DNA of 64,000 nt from Anolis carolinensis. Taxonomy: Eukaryota. A model generated the notes under the pieces. That model was given only the letters and a program-made list of their open reading frames with translations. It had not been told where the DNA came from and ran no database searches. The stretch lies in assembly GCF_035594765.1 (NCBI RefSeq), contig NC_085843.1:26489955-26553954 (forward strand). Direction: 5' to 3'. This document shows, in pieces, positions 60,801 through 64,000 of the stretch. A program made the position numbers and the translations under genes. How positions within the stretch are numbered: position 1 is the first letter of the stretch; every line of letters begins with the position of its first letter.

Positions 60801-62267
60801 CCGTAGAAACCTATAACCTGTGGTCACAATTGTGGCATAGATTCTCATTTTCAGAAAGACAGTTTGCCTGTTGTCTTAAGGAGAAAATTCCCTTGTTTCC
60901 TTGTCTTTAGTGCCATGCCATGTGGCAGAGTTCAGTGCCATATTATTCCTTATTTGACAGAAATACTGACATCTGCTTATTTGGAGGTTTAATATCCCTG
61001 GCTGTTTGCTTTTATTCATGTACAACTCTGAAACCACTTTGAGTCACAACTTTTTTTGTTTTAGATTAAACAACCATATGTTGTAGAATTAAACAGTCTC
61101 GGTTGTTATATTAAATTTGTAGATGACTCGCCACCTTCCAAAACTCAGTTACCTCATATCCCCCACCTACCCTTTCAGAAGGCAACAGATGGAACAGTTC
61201 TGCTGCGCCGTCATGTTTTCATGACTTATGATTGGAATTGCTAAAGATAAAGTGTCACTCACATGTTTTCTGTTTCTCCTTTCTGAAGAGTTGCTCTTGA
61301 TTGCTCTCTTCTTTAGCCTCCAGACTTGACACAGCTGGGAACCCTTCTGGCTTATGATATGTAACTGAAACTCACAGCAGTGCAAGATTGGGGAAAATGG
61401 CCCTTATGTTTGTTCTTTCTGAGATGGATCGCCCGAAGGATAATTAAGCCTCCTTCCCACCCATTGAAAATTTGGCTGGCAAATTTTTGTTCTCTTTTCT
61501 CCAGTCTAGAGGCTCAGTGATCATATTAAAAGGCATCAACATAAATGTCACACTGAACTAGGCCAGTATTCCTCAGATGTACTGTGTTATCTTCAGAATA
61601 GCCTACTCCTAAAAGACATCTTGTTCTTTCTAACATTAGTTATACTTATTGGTTCTCCCTAGAAACATTCCCACAACTCTATGGCAAACTACAAGAGGAG
61701 GATCAGGGACAGTAAATCCCAGATTTAATCTCCATTCAGGTTTAACTCACTAAAGGAATATTAAAAAGTTGAACACCTTTTCTGACATGCTACTTCTCCA
61801 AGCCAAATTCCAGCATATCTCTTACAATGAAACTCCCCCAAAATAAATCAGTGCATGTGATAGCAGAAGAAAGTCCACATTCCATGATTGGTTTGTTTTT
61901 AAAATCCCACAAACCCTTTTTTTTTCATTGCAGTGTGTTACCAATGACTGCAGCAAGCAACTGATAGATTACTTAGGCTCTCATGTTCTTCCTGGTTTGG
62001 AAAATTAAAGGGAGGACACTTAAATTTACTTCCATGGTTCAATTTCAGGAGGAGCAAGATTTACAAACAAATATTGGAGGCATTTTACAACTAAGTAATT
62101 TTTCTTCTGTAAACTTCTGTGAACTATTCTTTTAGAATCATAGGACCATAGAGTTGGAAGGGCTAACCCCTGCCAATACAGAAAAACCCAATCAAACCAC
62201 AGCCCTGACAGATGGCCATCTAGCCTCTGCCTAAAAACTTCCAGAGAAGGAGACTCCACTACCCTGC

Positions 62268-62805
62268 TGTCCTGTTTTGTCTTTCAAGAACAGCCTTAAA
62301 ACACTGTGGTAAGTAAATGAAAACTGCTTTACTTCAGCAAAACATAAAGCACAGCACACACTGTGGAATAATGCAAAAGGAAGCAAAGAAGTCTTTGGGC
62401 AAACACAGTCCTTAGTCTCTGATAAATTCCCAAATCAAATAGCAGTCTTACTTCAGACAAAGAAACAGCAATAAATCCTTAGGAGCAGTTTCCCAGATGC
62501 AGACTCCAAGCAGGCACAAGGGGAGCGAAGGCTTAGGCATTAGAGTCAGTTTGTTACTAGCAAAAGCTGGTTGCACCTGCTTCTGCTTTATAGCCGTGAG
62601 TACCCCTCACAACTGCTAGGACAGTTCCCAATTACTCAGCTGCATTTCTGGCAGCTATTCTAGCTGAACATCTCTGCTCTGTTTCCCTTCGCCTCTCCTG
62701 AAATGTGGGCACTTGCAAAATCTCCTCCTCAGATTCCAACTCACCCTCAGATTCATGAACACTTTCCTGCTCCCTTCCTCTTCTGAAGAAGAGGAATCCC
62801 TAACA
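62268..62805 (-). mobile_element. Solo LTR (538 bp), probably Gypsy
   Basis: TGTTAGG...GGACA termini on the minus strand, 5-bp TSD cctgc/cttgc (1 mismatch), TATAAA at 62587-62592 on the minus strand; interrupts a CR1. Confidence 0.8.
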
Positions 62806-62845
62806 CTTGCGAGCCATCATATTCCATTGCTGAAGAACTCTTACC

Positions 62846-63338
62846 ATCATAGAATCATAGAATAGTAGAGTTGGAAGAGACCTCATGGGCCATCCAGTCC
62901 AACCCCCTGCCAAGAAGTAGGAAATTGCATTCAAAGCACCCCCGACAGATGGCCATCCAGCCTCTGCTTAAAAGCCTCCCAAGAAGGAGCCTCCACCACA
63001 GTCCGGGGGAGAGAGTTCCACTGCCGAACAGCTCTCACAGTGAGGACCTTCTTCCTGGTGGAATCTCCTTTCCTGTAGTTTGAAGCCATTATTCCATGTC
63101 CTAGTCTGCAGGGCAGCAGAAAACAAGCTTGCTCCCTCCTCCCTATGACTTCCCTTCATGTATTTGTACATGACTATCATGTCTCCTCTCAGCCTTCTCT
63201 TCTGCAGGCTAAACATGCCCAGTTCTTTAAGCTGCTCCTCATAGGGCTTGTTCTCCAGACCCTTGATCATTTTAGTTGCCCTCCTCTGGACGCTTTCCAG
63301 CTTGTCAACATCTCCCTTCAATTGCAGTGCCCAGAATT
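62846..63338 (-). mobile_element. Young CR1 3' fragment
   Basis: [46 protein letters not shown]...; (catagaat) tail; close to the copy at 46167-47374. Confidence 0.93.
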
Positions 63339-64000
63339 AGAAGTTCTTCTTAATGTTTAGGTGGAATATCTTTTCCTGCAATTTGAATCCATTGTTCTTG
63401 GAAAAATCACCTTCACATGTTAAAATGGCCAGAACTAAAAAAGCACCCAACAGATCCCCTATTCTGACAGGTCCCACAGTTGGGCTCCTGTTTTTCAGGG
63501 TGACCTTTTATACTTAAGATCCCTTCCTGTATATGATTCTCAGCCTTCAAGGTAGCTGCTATTATGAATAGTGTCTGACTGCTTATATGTTAAAATTAAA
63601 AGAGAAAATTGCTGATTTTTAAAAGATTCTGTTTAGTCCTAGGAAAGTTGTAATGTTAAAGGAAGATGTTCTTAAAAGTCTACTTCTTCAGTAAATAAAT
63701 GCACCAGGGAAAAAGTTTGGGTCCTGCTCATCTCTGTGAAGACTCTCTGCCACCAGTGATGTGAAAAATCTTTTCCCAGCTTTGGAATGCTACTATTATA
63801 TTCCATAGTTTAAAAAATTATATTTTAGAGCTGGAGTACTCTAGTGCTTTGGTAACAGATGATGTGCAAATAATAAAGGCACTCATGTGCTTATTCATTG
63901 CTCCCCATCGCCACTGAAGTATTTTTATGCTTCACTTAATTTTCTTATTGTTGCCATTTTTTCTCCAGCGGGCCAAGGCTTCAGTATGGCCAGCTAGGGA

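Larger units (their letters stand above)
62133..63398 (-). mobile_element. Old CR1 fragment hosting a solo LTR and a younger CR1
   Basis: Segments 62133-62267, 62811-62845 and 63339-63398 are collinear CR1 3' sequence (ESPSLEVFRQRLDGHLSG). Confidence 0.72.

Overview
Eukaryotic, AT-rich intronic DNA from a squamate reptile; the repeat content (Sauria SINE, BovB-type RTE, CR1, Penelope, hAT and Mariner MITEs) points to an Anolis-like lizard. The window lies inside the 3' half of the DEAD-box RNA helicase gene DDX10 (+ strand). Three phase-0 coding exons are present (15704-15823, 18193-18351, 33944-34000), and the rest is intron filled with transposable elements. The main structure is an 8.4-kb three-level nest. 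An internally deleted DIRS1-type tyrosine-recombinase retrotransposon (34386-42791) contains a chromodomain Ty3/Gypsy (sushi-like) provirus with an intact pol (35430-41806), and that provirus's 3' LTR contains a solo LTR of a sister family (36027-36938). Three further solo LTRs sit inside other TEs. The most notable observations are: (1) pol reads 86 codons into the LTR and ends in an acidic + RRSxRIAA tail, which is kept in sister LTRs and recurs in an apparently unrelated LTR; (2) a -1 frameshift cassette has a non-canonical slippery site and an H-type pseudoknot; (3) a 346-bp CpG-rich, hairpin-dense TGTTGT...ACAACA element has no target-site duplication (TSD). All calls come from manual reading; no database searches were run.
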